Source of the DNA: Guillardia theta CCMP2712
Lineage: Eukaryota; Protista; Cryptophyta
Direction: 5' to 3'
Assembly: GCF_000315625.1 (NCBI RefSeq)
Contig: NW_005434581.1
Coordinates: 251,689-291,795 of the forward strand
Length of the DNA stretch: 40,107 nucleotides
The notes under the pieces: model-generated
The model's input: only the letters and a program-made list of their open reading frames with translations
Database searches by the model: none
What the model was told of the DNA's origin: nothing
Program-made: the position numbers and the translations under genes
In this document: positions 38,179 to 40,107 of the stretch, one piece after another
Layout of the letters: each line of letters starts with the position of its first letter
How positions within the stretch are numbered: position 1 is the first letter of the stretch

Positions 38179-38689
38179 CTCTGTCAGTCCAGAGAGGGGA
38201 GACGCTGAGATGGAGACGCAGAGCGAGGAGAGGAGCTCCAACACCAACTAATATGAGACGATCAACGCTGCCAAGAGCGTGTGCTGTGTTGACAACGATG
38301 CTTCAACCCCTTGTGTCGGATGCTATCTTGAAGCATGTTTCGGGAACTTTCATCAATGTGTTCTGCTTGTTATTCATTTGCATGATGAAAACGCGGGAAG
38401 TTTGACTTCCTGTTCTTAATCTCTGGGTTCTTCTAAAGAACATTTTGCTGACTCTAGCAATGTGCGCATGTGAAGATCGATTCTGATCGATTGATGGTAA
38501 TAAAATAGTTTGAATGCCTTGAAACGCCGACGGCAAGAGCTCAATCGTGCCTCGCCCTCCCTTCCTGGTATCCTCCTCCGTTCCACCTCCTTCCCCTCCC
38601 TGAGGTCGCTCAACCTCCGCTTCCCTCTCGTTCCATCCTACCTTTCCTCCCTCCCCTCCATCCACCAACCTGCCTCGTGTTCTTGTCTC

Positions 38690-39581
38690 ATGTCTGCTCC
38701 ATGTTATGATACATCCCTCTTCTCGTCCTCTCCTCCTCTCCTCCTCTTGTCACTGGAGGAGGTGGATTGGGTCGCCCTCCCTCCCGCGGTCCTGGTGGAA
38801 ATGCACGCCAGAGTTGTCGAGCTGCTTCCAAAACCTGCGGGTGAAGTGAGGAGAAGCAGCGGCAGGGGCGGCGGCGGCGGCGGCGGCGGCAGCAGCAGCA
38901 GCAGCCGCAGCAGCAGCAGCAAGCAGCAAGCAGCAGCAGCAGCAGCAGCAGCAGTAGCAGCAGTAGCAGCAGCAGCAGCAGCAGGCAGGCAGTCCAAGGG
39001 GGAAGGGACAACAACCTGATGCTGGTTGGGTTTACTTTTGTGCGGAGGGGACGGAGAGAACCAGGATAGACGTCGATCTTGAGAGGAGGAGAGGGCTTGA
39101 TCCGCCTGCTGCTAGCCGGAGAGGAGGAGGAGGAGGATACTGCAGACGCTCCATGCTTGTCCTTCCCGTCGATGATAGACTGGACCGCCTGATAAAGTGG
39201 TCAGAGGAGGGGTGCAGGAGCAAGAGGAGGAAGGGACAGAGGAGGAGGAAGGGGAGTGGAAGGGACGAGGAAGGAGAGTGGAAGGGAAGGGAATAGGGGG
39301 AAGTGAGAAAATCAGAAAGGCGAAGGAACAATGAGCTCTACGAGCTTTTGTTGTCCTCTTCATAACCATCTTCCTATCCCATAATGGTCCTCCTCCTCCT
39401 CCTCCTCCTGCTCCTCCTCGCTCACCTCGTTGGCCTTTGCCTCTGTCGCCTCACTGATTTTGCCGACCTTACGCGACAAGTCAACAAGCTTGCAGGAGGA
39501 AAGAACAACAAGAGACAGAGAGAGCAAAAGATGAGGACGAGAAAGACAGACAAGGGGAGAAGTGATGACAGCAGTCAAAGT

Positions 39582-39615
<34 letters not shown>

Positions 39616-39648
39616 GCAGCAAGCAGCAAGCAGCAAGCAGCAAGCAGC

Positions 39649-39722
<74 letters not shown>

Positions 39723-39860
39723 GCATCAGGACCTTCTGCATGGCCTTAAGGTCGGAGACATCTGGAGAGCTTTGGCTTCTAGACTTCTTCTTGCCCAGCA
39801 GGTGTATAAGATGCACATGCCGAGCGAGATGAACATGCTTCGGTGAAGAAGAGCTGCCAA
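38690..39860 (-). CDS. Possible hypothetical spliced gene, probably extending beyond the window end
   Basis: Exon-like pieces between microsatellite-filled introns read KKSRSQSSPDVSDLKAMQK | LVDLSRKVGKISEATEAKANE | RRSSLSSTGRTSMERLQYPPPP. Boundaries are not resolved. Confidence 0.3.
39585..39724. repeat. (GCA)n microsatellite with GCAA interruptions
   Basis: Seen directly. A similar tract lies at 38865-38985. Confidence 0.95.
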
Positions 39861-40107
39861 GAGTCAACGGAGAGGGAGGAGGGGAGGAGGAGAGAGCAGA
39901 AAGCAGGGTGAAGAAGAAGGAATCAGTGAAAATGAGCAGGAAGGAGGGAGGGAGGGAGGGAGAGGAGGGGAAGAAGGGAGGACGAAGGAGGAGGTAGGAG
40001 GAGGAGGTAGGAGGAGGTAGGAGGAGGTAGGAGAAGGTGGTGGTGGTGGTGTTGGTGGTGGAGGAGGTAGGAGGAGGAGGAGGAGGAGGAGGAGGAGGAG
40101 GAGGAGG

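Overview
This is a eukaryotic nuclear window. Short GT-AG introns with CTGAC/CTAAC-like branch points, longer introns filled with purine or pyrimidine microsatellites, and GC-rich codons suggest a cryptophyte such as Guillardia or Hanusia (inference). There are four assembly gaps. Spliced genes I could reconstruct by hand are: an acidic zinc-ribbon protein (-), a secreted LamG/concanavalin-A-like protein (+), a hypothetical protein with a possible CS/p23-like C-terminus (-), a PRMT1-like arginine methyltransferase (-), an HI0933/YhiN-family flavoprotein (+), a secreted double-LysM protein (-), two PLAC8-family genes in a tail-to-tail inverted duplication, and weak hypothetical genes at the right end. 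A roughly 5 kb gene-poor island (7.7-12.8 kb) holds low-GC, intron-free, frameshifted ORF remnants that may be viral or transposon-derived. The standout is an uninterrupted 882-codon ORF (26036-28684). Its apparent domain order is RRM-like, OB/cold-shock-like, DZIP3-type HEPN with an intact RxxxxH motif, coiled coil, bacterial-style Ser/Thr kinase, Cbl-type EF-hand and PH-like. It is a candidate RNA-sensing kinase-ribonuclease analogous to RNase L/IRE1 but with the nuclease and kinase in reversed order. All domain calls come from motif recognition by eye; no searches were run.
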